Source: Myxococcota bacterium (GTDB taxonomy: Bacteria; Myxococcota_A; UBA796). Taken from it: a DNA stretch of 58,029 nucleotides. Below are positions 1 through 8,572 of the stretch, piece by piece; positions within the stretch are counted from its first letter, which is position 1, and every line of letters begins with the position of its first letter. The position numbers were made by a program, and so were the translations under genes. Where the stretch lies: NCBI GenBank assembly GCA_047621685.1, contig JBLHNG010000003.1, forward strand, positions 1-58,029, written 5' to 3'. The notes below the pieces were generated by a model. The model was not told the DNA's origin, did no database searches, and worked only from the letters and a program-made list of their open reading frames with translations.

Positions 1-405
1 TCTCAGCCCGCACCTCAGCCCGCACCTCAGCCGACGCCCCAGCCCTTCGCCCAGCAAGACACCCCCGGCATGCCCGCTGCGTCCGCCACTGGCCTCGTGC
101 CGGATCCGATGAAGAGTGCGGCCGGGGCGATCTCTCCCAGTGGTCTCAGCCAGCTCCTCACCGCCATCAGCGCCGCCGGATTCTCCGACGACAAGCTCGC
201 CCTGATCCGAACTTCTGCCGCGAGCAACCACTTCACCGTCAGCCAGACCGTCTCGATCCTGGAGCAGCTGAGCTTCTCGTCGGACCAGCTTGAGGCCCTC
301 GCGCTCCTCCGTCCCCGGATCATCGACCCCGTCAATGCCGTCCAGCTCGGTGCAGTATTCAGCTTCTCATCGGACCGCGACGAGGCCCTGCGCCTGTTCC
401 AGTAG
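1..405 (+). CDS. DUF4476-like protein, 5' end cut by the window edge
   Basis: Frame 1 is open from nt 1 (SQPAPQPAPQPTPQP, a Pro/Gln linker) into listed ORF 70..405. Three FS(D/S)D..(L)..AL units (FSDDKLALI, FSSDQLEAL, FSSDRDEAL) resemble the DUF4476 repeat. Stop at 403-405. Confidence 0.6.
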   Translation, partial: SQPAPQPAPQPTPQPFAQQDTPGMPAASATGLVPDPMKSAAGAISPSGLSQLLTAISAAGFSDDKLALIRTSAASNHFTVSQTVSILEQLSFSSDQLEALALLRPRIIDPVNAVQLGAVFSFSSDRDEALRLFQ

Positions 406-411
406 GGTCGC

Positions 412-771
412 TCAGAGGGTGTGGGCAGTGCCATGGATCCGCGCCCCGAACAGGTCCGCGCCAGAGCGGATTGCATCGCACAGGATCGACCGTCGAAGGG
501 ACACCCTGGCCATGTCCGCGCCATGGCGTGCCTCCAGGGTCGTCAGGTGGATGCCCTCGATCGCCACCACTCGCAGCCGCTCCATGGCCTGCTCGAAGTC
601 CCCAGCAGAGATGAGCTGCTGGAGTTGGATGCTGGTGAGTTCGATGCTGATCAGCCTGTCAGGATGACGTGGTTTATACGACCTGAGCACCGCAGGGCGT
701 ATGATGGGGCCAATCGCCCACTCACAGACTCGGATAATGACGCTCCTTCGCGGCACAAAACCGATCACCAT
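412..771 (-). CDS. hypothetical protein, possibly pentapeptide-repeat-like C-terminus
   Basis: Listed ORF 412..939 trimmed to the internal ATG at 771 (MVIGFV) so that it does not run through the divergent gene starting at 801. The tail reads as five-residue units (GADMA RVSLR RSILC DAIRS GADLF GARIH). The 5' part has lower GC3, so the start is uncertain. Confidence 0.4.
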   Translation of the reverse strand: MVIGFVPRRSVIIRVCEWAIGPIIRPAVLRSYKPRHPDRLISIELTSIQLQQLISAGDFEQAMERLRVVAIEGIHLTTLEARHGADMARVSLRRSILCDAIRSGADLFGARIHGTAHTL

Positions 772-800
772 CCAGACGCGCCCCTCGCGAACAGGTCGGC

Positions 801-3800
801 ATGTTTCCTGAGACGGAGCGATTTGCCGAGCAGGCCCTCCTCGGCAGCGGAGCTCTGGGGCGGGTCTACCGGGCGGAGGACAGCACCAACGGCTTCGTGA
901 TCGCCATTCGCGTCCTCCCGCCGGCCCCGCCATGGGCAATGTACCGCCTCCAGAGTGACTTCTCTAAGCTCCAGTCCATCGAGCACGACAACCTCGTTCG
1001 CCCGATTGAGCTGGTCGACAGCGGCGATCCATGGTTCATCACGATGGCGTATATCGACGGGCCGACGCTGCCGGATTGGCTGGCGCGGTTTCCCGGCCCG
1101 GGTGCGATCCAGGAGGTCTTCGGACAGCTCACCCGGGGGCTGATGGCGCTGCACGACAGCGGGCTGCTCCACCGCAACCTCAAGCCCGACAATGTGCGCA
1201 TCACTTCGAGCGGAGTCGTCAAGGTGCTCGACGGCGGACTGGCCGGGCTGCTGTTCGATCCCCACGTCATCCCCGACGCACCGCAGACCCGCTACGAGGC
1301 CCCGGAGCTTCGCGCGGATCCGGAGCGGGTCACTGCGGCGGTGGACTGGTACAGCCTCGGCATGCTGCTGGCTGAGCAGCTCCCCACCTCCGACGGCCCC
1401 CTCGGCCTGCTGTGCGCCGCGCTCACCCACGCCGATCCAACCCTGCGTCCCGACGGGCCTGCTGTCCTCGCCGCACTCGTCGCGGCCCCGACCTGGCCAC
1501 CGCATCGCCCAGAGGGGCACCCCTTCGTCGGGCGACAGGCCCCCCTCGAGGCCCTGGAGGCCTGCTGGGAGCAGTGCCAGGACGGGCCGGTGATCGCCCT
1601 GCTGAGCGGCCGCAGCGGAGACGGGATGAGCACCCTCGCCGACCGCTTCCTCGCACAGCGCCCCGAGGGCACCACAACGCTCACAGTCCGCTGCCACACC
1701 CCGTCTCGGGTCCCCCTCGGCCTCCTCCGCCGCCTCGTTGCCGCGCTCCCGGTGACCTCCGTCGATGGCCTCAGCCCGGCGCTCGCGCAGGTGTTCCCAG
1801 TGCTGCGGGGCCGAACCGGTGACGTCACCGAGGTCGCGCTGCCACCGGATCCCCGGGCGGTGCGCTTCCAGGCTCTCGACGACCTGCGCACCTTGCTGGC
1901 CGCTGTGACGGCAGCAGCGCCGCTGGTGGTCCTCCTCGAAGACCTCCACCGCGCCGACGCAGCCTCTGCCCGGGTGCTCGCCGACCTCCTCACAGCTCCG
2001 TCGCCGCCCCGGCTGCTGCTGCTGGGAACCTGTCCGACGGAGGCGCTCTCCAGTGCGGTGTTCATCCGGGGCTGGACCGAGCTGGAGGAGCAGGCATCGG
2101 GCTGGATGCATCGGATCCCGGTCCCACCGCTGCCCCCGGAGGCGCTCCATGACAGCCTCACCCAGCAGGGCCTCACCGACCCCGAGCAGCGCCTCCGGAT
2201 CATCGCCAGCGCCGCCGGCAGCCCGCTGTTCGCCCAGCGGCTCCTCCGGATGGGCCTCGCCGACGTCAGCCGGGTGCCGCCGCTCACCCACCGCCAGGCG
2301 CTGACCCGCCACATCGCCACCCTCCCCATCCGCCAGCAGCGCATCCTGGAGGTCCTCACCGCCGCACAGCAGCCGCTGTCGGACACGATGCTGACCGGGA
2401 TCATCGGCGAGGCGATCGGTGACGCCATCGCTGCGCTGGTCGACGACGCGCTGATCACACCGCCCCCAAGCATCGCCCTGGCCCATGAGCGCATCCTCAC
2501 AGCCGTGCAGGCCCGGGCCGCGCCGACGCTCTACCACCGCAGCCTTGCTGAGGCCCTCATGGAGGAAGATCCGATCGATCGGATCCGGATCTGCTGGCAC
2601 CTGCTGGCCTCTGGCGATCCCGCCAGTGCCGTCCCCTACGCCATCGCCGCCGCCGATCAGGCCGCCGCCACGCTCCAGCTGGAGGCCGCCGGTACGCACT
2701 ACCACCTCGCCCTCACCCACCTCTCCGCCTCCGACAGCCGACGAAAGCGCGTGGTCGCTGCCGCCGCCGCAGTGATGGTCCGGCTGGGTCAGGCCCGGGA
2801 GGCCGCGCCGCTGCTGGAGGAGATCGCCGCGCTGCGCGGAGACGACGCCGACTGGCAGCGACGGGCCGCCGAGCAGTGGATCACCGCCGGAGAGCACACC
2901 CGCGGCCTCGAGATGCTCCAGTCCCTCCTGGAGCGTGCCGGAGTCCGCTGGCCGAGCGGGCGCACGGAGCAGTCTGTCCTGCTGCGCTTCGGCATGACCC
3001 GGCTCCGCCTCCAGACACTGCCCGAGGGCTGGGACACCGGCAGCCCCGAGCCCGCCGCGCTGCACCGGATGGCGCTGTGCTGGACCGCCGCCCAGGCCCT
3101 GTGGTGGGTCGCTCCCCTGCGCTCACAGTACCTCCTGATGATCGGCCTCGGACACGCGCTGAAGGCCCGAGCATCCCGCCAGACCGCCCGCTTCGGCCTG
3201 CTGCTCTACACCAACCGACGGGGTGCCTCCGAGCGCCTCGCGGCCTGTGAGGCGCTCGCCCGACGCATTGGACAGCCGGAGCTGAGCGCGATGGCGGACT
3301 GGATGGCCGCCGCCGCGCTCCACGCCGGCACCCCGCTGGAGAGCATCCCCGGCTACCAGTCCGCCATCGCGCAGTTTGAGCGAGAGTGCCCCGAGGCGGT
3401 CTGGGAGAGCCTCATGGCACGGACCGGGCTGCTCGACGCCCTGTGGTGGTCCGGTCAGCTCGACCAGCTCCGCCCCCTGTGGCAGGACAACCTCAAGCGC
3501 GCCCGCAGCCTCAAGGACCAGTCGCTGTGGTGCTCGGCGGCGCTGTGCGGTGGACGGCTGGCGCTGCTGGAAGGTCGAGTGGGTCGCGCCCGGGAGCGCG
3601 TCGCCCAGATCCTCGCCCGCACCCGCCCCCCCGTCGAGCACCTCCACGCCCGCCTCCTCGGTGTTCGCTGTGCACTCTACGCCGACGACCTCAGCACCGT
3701 CGGGGCCGAGATCGAGGCGATCTGGCACATCCTGGAGGACGACAGCCTCCTCAGCCTCCCCGCGCTGCACCTCCATGCCCTCGACCTCCGCGCCGCCACA

Positions 3801-4178
3801 CTGGCCGCCCTCCTGCGCGCCCACACCGCCGGCACCCCCGCACCCAACAGCCCCACCCCCCGCACCCTGAGTCGTGCAGAGGCCCGGATCCGCAAGATGC
3901 TGGAGCGCAGCGGGCGACCCGACATGCTCGCCCTCGCCCGCCTCCATCGGGGCAGCGTCCTGGCCGCTCAGGGCAACCGGACCGGGGCACAGACCGCGCT
4001 GAGTGAGGCGCAGCCGCTGCTGGAGTCCGCTGGCCTGCTCCTGCACGCTGCGATGTGCGCCGTTGCTGTTGGGCGGCTGTCGGATGACCCCGACGACACC
4101 CCGCTGCTCGACCTCGGTGCCCTCAACCCCGACGCCCTGCTCCGGGCGTTCGTTCCGGGTGTGGTGAGCGAGCCCTGA
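801..4178 (+). CDS. Ser/Thr-kinase-like domain fused to a STAND/AAA-type NTPase-like domain and a long helical-repeat region (predicted pseudokinase)
   Basis: Kinase subdomains at the N-terminus: GSGALGRV, HRNLKPDN, RYEAPE, DWYSLG. A P-loop-like GRSGDGMST follows, then more than 700 aa of Leu/Ala-rich helical repeats. 1125-aa ORF with strong GC3. Confidence 0.9.
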   Translation: MFPETERFAEQALLGSGALGRVYRAEDSTNGFVIAIRVLPPAPPWAMYRLQSDFSKLQSIEHDNLVRPIELVDSGDPWFITMAYIDGPTLPDWLARFPGPGAIQEVFGQLTRGLMALHDSGLLHRNLKPDNVRITSSGVVKVLDGGLAGLLFDPHVIPDAPQTRYEAPELRADPERVTAAVDWYSLGMLLAEQLPTSDGPLGLLCAALTHADPTLRPDGPAVLAALVAAPTWPPHRPEGHPFVGRQAPLEALEACWEQCQDGPVIALLSGRSGDGMSTLADRFLAQRPEGTTTLTVRCHTPSRVPLGLLRRLVAALPVTSVDGLSPALAQVFPVLRGRTGDVTEVALPPDPRAVRFQALDDLRTLLAAVTAAAPLVVLLEDLHRADAASARVLADLLTAPSPPRLLLLGTCPTEALSSAVFIRGWTELEEQASGWMHRIPVPPLPPEALHDSLTQQGLTDPEQRLRIIASAAGSPLFAQRLLRMGLADVSRVPPLTHRQALTRHIATLPIRQQRILEVLTAAQQPLSDTMLTGIIGEAIGDAIAALVDDALITPPPSIALAHERILTAVQARAAPTLYHRSLAEALMEEDPIDRIRICWHLLASGDPASAVPYAIAAADQAAATLQLEAAGTHYHLALTHLSASDSRRKRVVAAAAAVMVRLGQAREAAPLLEEIAALRGDDADWQRRAAEQWITAGEHTRGLEMLQSLLERAGVRWPSGRTEQSVLLRFGMTRLRLQTLPEGWDTGSPEPAALHRMALCWTAAQALWWVAPLRSQYLLMIGLGHALKARASRQTARFGLLLYTNRRGASERLAACEALARRIGQPELSAMADWMAAAALHAGTPLESIPGYQSAIAQFERECPEAVWESLMARTGLLDALWWSGQLDQLRPLWQDNLKRARSLKDQSLWCSAALCGGRLALLEGRVGRARERVAQILARTRPPVEHLHARLLGVRCALYADDLSTVGAEIEAIWHILEDDSLLSLPALHLHALDLRAATLAALLRAHTAGTPAPNSPTPRTLSRAEARIRKMLERSGRPDMLALARLHRGSVLAAQGNRTGAQTALSEAQPLLESAGLLLHAAMCAVAVGRLSDDPDDTPLLDLGALNPDALLRAFVPGVVSEP

Positions 4179-4181
4179 GCC

Positions 4182-4826
4182 CTACCGACGCACGGTCGCC
4201 CGGGCAGCCTCCGCCCCACACAGCATCCCGACCAGCACGTCGCCGTCAGACAGCGGACCGACCCCGGCGGGGGTCCCGGTGAGCACAAGGTCACCGGGGA
4301 CCAGGGGGATGCGGTGGCTGAGGAAGGACAGCAGGGTGCCGATCGAGAACAGCATCTGGCGGCAGTGCCCGGTCTGACGGACCACCCCGTTGATGGTCAG
4401 CGTCAGGTGGAGGTCGGCGAGGTCAAAGCCGGCCGCTGGTTGCAGTTCGGAGAGCGGACAGGCCCCGGCGAAGCTCTTGGCGAGGTCCCAGGGGTGGCCC
4501 CTGGCCTTGAGGGCATCCTGGGCGGCGCGGAGGGTGAGGTCGAGGGCGAGACCGACGTGGCTGACCGCGGCGAGGCAGGCATCGGGGGTCGCCTCCGACA
4601 GTGATGCGCCAACACGCACTGCGATCTCCAGCTCATGGTCGCACCGGCCCAGCGACGTCGGCAGGGACAGGTCGTCGGCAAACGGCACGATGCAGGTTCG
4701 CGACTTGGTGAAGATCAGCGGGGCCTTCGGCACGGCGTTGCCCAGCTCGACGGCATGGGCGGCGTAGTTCCGGCCAACGCAGTAGATCGCGTTGACTTTG
4801 GCGGGGGTGAGGGTGAGGTGTGTCAT
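4182..4826 (-). CDS. fumarylacetoacetate hydrolase (FAH) family protein
   Basis: Trimmed to ATG 4826 (MTHLTLTPAKV). Motifs GRNYAAH, PLIFTK, ELEIAV and GDLVLTGTPAGVG are typical of the FAH fold. The upstream 79 aa of the listed ORF are Pro/Arg-rich shadow sequence. Confidence 0.85.
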   Translation of the reverse strand: MTHLTLTPAKVNAIYCVGRNYAAHAVELGNAVPKAPLIFTKSRTCIVPFADDLSLPTSLGRCDHELEIAVRVGASLSEATPDACLAAVSHVGLALDLTLRAAQDALKARGHPWDLAKSFAGACPLSELQPAAGFDLADLHLTLTINGVVRQTGHCRQMLFSIGTLLSFLSHRIPLVPGDLVLTGTPAGVGPLSDGDVLVGMLCGAEAARATVRR

Positions 4827-4830
4827 TCCC

Positions 4831-5694
4831 TCACAGTACCGCCAGCAGCGCGTCGAGCGCCTCCGCCCAGTCTGCCGGGTGGCTGATCGCGATCGAAGCA
4901 TGCCCAGCACCCTCGACGATGCGCAGCGTCGCGTCGGGAATGGCCTCGGCGATGGCGGCGGCATCAGCGGGTGGGGCGCGGGTGTCGAGAGACCCGCCGA
5001 GGACGAGGGTGGGACAGCGGACGGCGGCGGCGTCCTTTGTCGGTCGCCAGGAGAAGCCATCAAACCCGCTCATCACGCTGCCCCAGCCCACCAGGAGCGC
5101 GGCGCCGGGCTGACGGGGCAGGCCCATGAGCGCGAACCGGTTGCCGACGGTGGTCATCAGGTCGGCGTAGGTGCCCTCGACGACGACGGCATCGGGGGTC
5201 GCACCGTGGGCGGCGACGGCCCTCAGGATGCTCGCACCGCCCATCGAGAAGCCGATCAGGACTGCGGGCTGGCCCGGGAACTGTGCACGGGCGAAGTCGA
5301 GCCCTGCGGCGACATCGGCCCCCTCGAAGTAGCCCAGCGAGGTCCGCCGCCCGTCGGCATTCCCGCTGCCCCGCTGGTCGATGAGCACCGCAGCGTAGCC
5401 CCGGTCGTGGAGGCGAGGCACGAGGTCGAGCAGCTGATCAGCGCTGGCGGCGTAGCCATGCACCAGCACCGCCACACCCCGACAGTCCGGACACGGCACC
5501 AACCACGCGGAGAGTCCGGAGCCGTCGGAAGCGGTCAGGGGGTGGGTCGTGTACGCCAGACCGAGGTCGTCGGGGGTGCGGCTGTGGGCCGGACGGGGAA
5601 TGCGAACCCCGGTAAACAGGACCGTGAGCTTCTCGGTGGTGGAGAGGTTCTCTGGGTCCGGGGTGCGCACTCCGGCGTCGACAAACACCAGCAT
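4831..5694 (-). CDS. alpha/beta-fold hydrolase
   Basis: Nucleophile elbow GFSMGG, HGYAAS and a C-terminal GAGH. An in-frame upstream extension to 5772 encodes a TM anchor with no canonical start codon (see finding). Confidence 0.85.
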   Translation of the reverse strand: MLVFVDAGVRTPDPENLSTTEKLTVLFTGVRIPRPAHSRTPDDLGLAYTTHPLTASDGSGLSAWLVPCPDCRGVAVLVHGYAASADQLLDLVPRLHDRGYAAVLIDQRGSGNADGRRTSLGYFEGADVAAGLDFARAQFPGQPAVLIGFSMGGASILRAVAAHGATPDAVVVEGTYADLMTTVGNRFALMGLPRQPGAALLVGWGSVMSGFDGFSWRPTKDAAAVRCPTLVLGGSLDTRAPPADAAAIAEAIPDATLRIVEGAGHASIAISHPADWAEALDALLAVL

Positions 5695-5768
5695 CGCCCG
5701 GGCATGCAGCGCCCCGATGAGCCCGACCCCCGCCAGCAGCGCGAACCCCGTCAGTAGGATTCGTTTCT

Positions 5769-7226
5769 TCAGCGCGCCACCTCAAATTCCCCGAGGATCG
5801 CCTGCTGTGGGGTGATCCACTGCACCGGAAGGCCCAGGCTGTCTACCTGCTCCTCGATCAGCGACCGGTCCCCGACGATCACCCACAGCCGGGGACGGTC
5901 GGTCATCCAGCTCTCTGCACAGACCACCGAGTCAGCCGGAGTGAGCCCCTTTGAGGTCGACAGCCGCTCACCGAGGGTCTCCAGGGTCTGATCCTGGAGG
6001 ATGAGCTGCTGGTAGAAGCTCGCGGCAGTGCCGGCAGTCTCCAGCCGACGGTTCCACCAGGTCACCTGATCGAGCCACGCCGCCTCGACCTCGTCCTCCG
6101 TCACCCCGCTGGCGACCATCGTGTCCAGCTCGCCGCGGATCTCGGTGACGGCTCCAGCGACGTTCTCGGCCTCGACATCCACCGAGGCGGCCCAGAAGCC
6201 ATGGGTCTTGCCCGCGCTGTGGTAGCTGCCAGCACCATAGGTCCAGCCCTTCTCCTCGCGGAGGTTGCCGTTGAGCCGGCTGACGAAGCTGCCGCCGAGG
6301 GCGAAGTCGATGACCGACAGCGGCACCCGATCCACATCATCCCGACCCGGGGCCTCGGTGATGAGTCGCACCGCAGCCTGGGGGCCGGGCATGTCGACAG
6401 CGACGATGCCCGAGGCTCCCATCGGGGCGACTTCTGGCAGGCTCGTGCGCTCTGCGGGCACCCCGAGGTCGCCGATCAGCGCCACGATGTCGTCCTGGAT
6501 CTCCGCCACGGTGACATCCCCGACCACCAGCACATGCACCGGAGCCTCCGCCAGCAGCTCGGCGTGCAGGCTGCGGAGGTGGCGGCGGCGGACGCCCTGG
6601 ATCCCGTCGAGATCCGCGCGCTGTCCGTAGACGCTCTCGGCGGGGTAGAAGCCATACTTCCGGGCGGTGGAGGCCACATCAGACATGTCTGCCGGGCCGG
6701 TGTTTTCGTACCAGTCCAGCACGTTCTCCCGCGACAGCCGCAGCTCGCTCCGAGGCAGCCCCGGGGTGTGCAGGACCGCGTCGAGCAAGGCGAGGCCGTC
6801 GTCGAGCGCGGTGCGGGGGATGGTCAGCTCCAGGCCGCCCACAGTCCGCCCCATCCACGACAGCAGGCTGGCGTCGAGGCTGTCGAGCAGCGCCTCGGTC
6901 TCCTCCGCGTCGGCTTCCTTCGAGGCGAGGTCCCAGATGTTGGTGAGCATCCGGCAGTCCACGGAGTCTGGGCACAGGTCCATGGTGCCACGCTCAAACA
7001 TCACCATGATCTCGACCTTGCGAACCCCGTCCACCTGCAGGTGGCTGAGGGTGAGGCCGGGGCGGAGGATCGTGGTGGTCATGCCAGGCAGCGCCAGCAC
7101 GTCGGGGGGCTCGACTTCCGGAGGCGCGGAGCGGTCGGGGGTCTCGGGGATGGGAATCACCCCGGTCGGGACCTCGTTGGGGTCCTCCTGGGCAAACAGC
7201 AGGGCACTCAGCAGCAGCGGGGTCAT
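5769..7226 (-). CDS. M16 (pitrilysin/insulinase) family peptidase, non-catalytic-type subunit
   Basis: Signal-like MTPLLLSALLFAQ. M16 domain organisation without an HxxEH motif. Its ATG overlaps the upstream stop (ATGA at 7223-7226). Confidence 0.8.
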   Translation of the reverse strand: MTPLLLSALLFAQEDPNEVPTGVIPIPETPDRSAPPEVEPPDVLALPGMTTTILRPGLTLSHLQVDGVRKVEIMVMFERGTMDLCPDSVDCRMLTNIWDLASKEADAEETEALLDSLDASLLSWMGRTVGGLELTIPRTALDDGLALLDAVLHTPGLPRSELRLSRENVLDWYENTGPADMSDVASTARKYGFYPAESVYGQRADLDGIQGVRRRHLRSLHAELLAEAPVHVLVVGDVTVAEIQDDIVALIGDLGVPAERTSLPEVAPMGASGIVAVDMPGPQAAVRLITEAPGRDDVDRVPLSVIDFALGGSFVSRLNGNLREEKGWTYGAGSYHSAGKTHGFWAASVDVEAENVAGAVTEIRGELDTMVASGVTEDEVEAAWLDQVTWWNRRLETAGTAASFYQQLILQDQTLETLGERLSTSKGLTPADSVVCAESWMTDRPRLWVIVGDRSLIEEQVDSLGLPVQWITPQQAILGEFEVAR

Positions 7227-8572
7227 GGCAGCTCCACGGACACAGCACCCGGCAGGGCACCGCCGGCACCCTCCGGGATCACCGACAGGGTGGTTCGACG
7301 CTCTGGAGACAGCCAGGTCTGTGTGACCCGGACGACATCCTCAGCGGTCACATCAGCATACCGCTGCCACTCCTCGGCAAAGCAGTCCGGACGCCCATAG
7401 TGGACCATGCAGTCCGTCAGGTGCTCGGCGCGGTCTTCGGGAAGCTCCAGGGCGTCGAGGGTCGAGGCGAGCATGACGGCCTTTGTCCTGGCCATCTCTG
7501 CCTCGGTGGGCGGGTGGTCGATGACGTCTTGGAGGACCGCCTCGATCATGCGCTCCATCTTCGGGATCCGCGACTTCATCGAGGCGGTGTAGATGATGAA
7601 CTGGCTCGCCACCTCACCAGTGCTCAGCCACGCCCAGGTCTCGCTGGCGATCCGACGCTTGTAGTACATCGCGTCATCCAGCCGGGTGCCCCGACCATAC
7701 GAGAGGATGTAGCTCAGGGTCTCCAGGGCGGCGGCGTCGGGGTGCGCCTGGTTGGGGGCCGACCAGCCCATCCACAGCCCCCAGTCCTCGATGGCGTCCT
7801 CCAGCATCCCGTTGCTGCCACTCTCGGGCAGCGCGACCTCGGTGAGCCGTGGAGCCTCAGGGGCGGGCTTCTCGGGCACATCGGAGAACCACCACTCCAC
7901 CCGCGCGAGCATCTCCTGAGCGTCGAAGTTGCCGACCAGGGCGAGCACCGTGTTGTCCGGACGGTAGTGACGCTGCCAGAAGTCCTGGGTGCTCTCGACG
8001 GTGAAGCCCTCGACATCGGCGATCGTGCCGATGACCGGTACATGGTAGGGGTGCCCGACCGGCCACATCAGCCGGGAGAAGGCGTCCCAGTCCCGGCCAT
8101 GGGGATCGGCGTAGCCCTCGGCACGCTCCTGGAGCACCACATCGCGCTGGTTGGCGACGTTCTCCTCGGTGACCCCGGCGGACAGGAAGCCGAGCCGGTC
8201 ACTCTCCAGGAACAGGGCCAGCTCTGCCGCACCGGAGGGGAAGGTCATGTGGTAGGCAGTGGTGTCCTCAGAGGTCCAGGCGTTGTTGCTGCCGCCAGCC
8301 TGGGTGAGCCACTCGTCGAAGCTGGCGCCGGGCACGTTGGTGGAGCCCTCGAACATCAGGTGCTCGAACAGGTGCGCGCAGCCCCGCTCTCCGTCCAGCT
8401 CGTCCCGGGAGCCCACCCCGAACCGCAAATGCAGGGCGACGGTGTCGGTGCGACGAGACTCTTCGAGGATGACGGTGAGGCCATTGTCGAGGACGACGGT
8501 GATGGCGTCGGTGTCCAGCAGGGGCTGATCCGGCGGTGGGCCGGCGAGCGCGGTGGGGATGAGCAGCAGCAA
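7223..8572 (-). CDS. M16 family zinc metallopeptidase (HxxEH)
   Basis: HLFEHLMFEG zinc-binding inverted motif. Start placed at TTG 8572 because AGGAGG lies 7 nt upstream. The maximal ORF reaches ATG 8650 but would overlap the divergent kinase gene. Confidence 0.85.
   Translation of the reverse strand: MLLLIPTALAGPPPDQPLLDTDAITVVLDNGLTVILEESRRTDTVALHLRFGVGSRDELDGERGCAHLFEHLMFEGSTNVPGASFDEWLTQAGGSNNAWTSEDTTAYHMTFPSGAAELALFLESDRLGFLSAGVTEENVANQRDVVLQERAEGYADPHGRDWDAFSRLMWPVGHPYHVPVIGTIADVEGFTVESTQDFWQRHYRPDNTVLALVGNFDAQEMLARVEWWFSDVPEKPAPEAPRLTEVALPESGSNGMLEDAIEDWGLWMGWSAPNQAHPDAAALETLSYILSYGRGTRLDDAMYYKRRIASETWAWLSTGEVASQFIIYTASMKSRIPKMERMIEAVLQDVIDHPPTEAEMARTKAVMLASTLDALELPEDRAEHLTDCMVHYGRPDCFAEEWQRYADVTAEDVVRVTQTWLSPERRTTLSVIPEGAGGALPGAVSVELP

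Noticed and set aside
765-3065. 766-aa ORF antisense to the kinase-STAND gene, plus many nested ORFs between 866 and 4294
   Set aside because: It is extremely Arg/Gly/Ala/Pro-rich with no motifs, and it fully overlaps a gene that has clear kinase motifs. These are typical shadow ORFs of GC-rich DNA.
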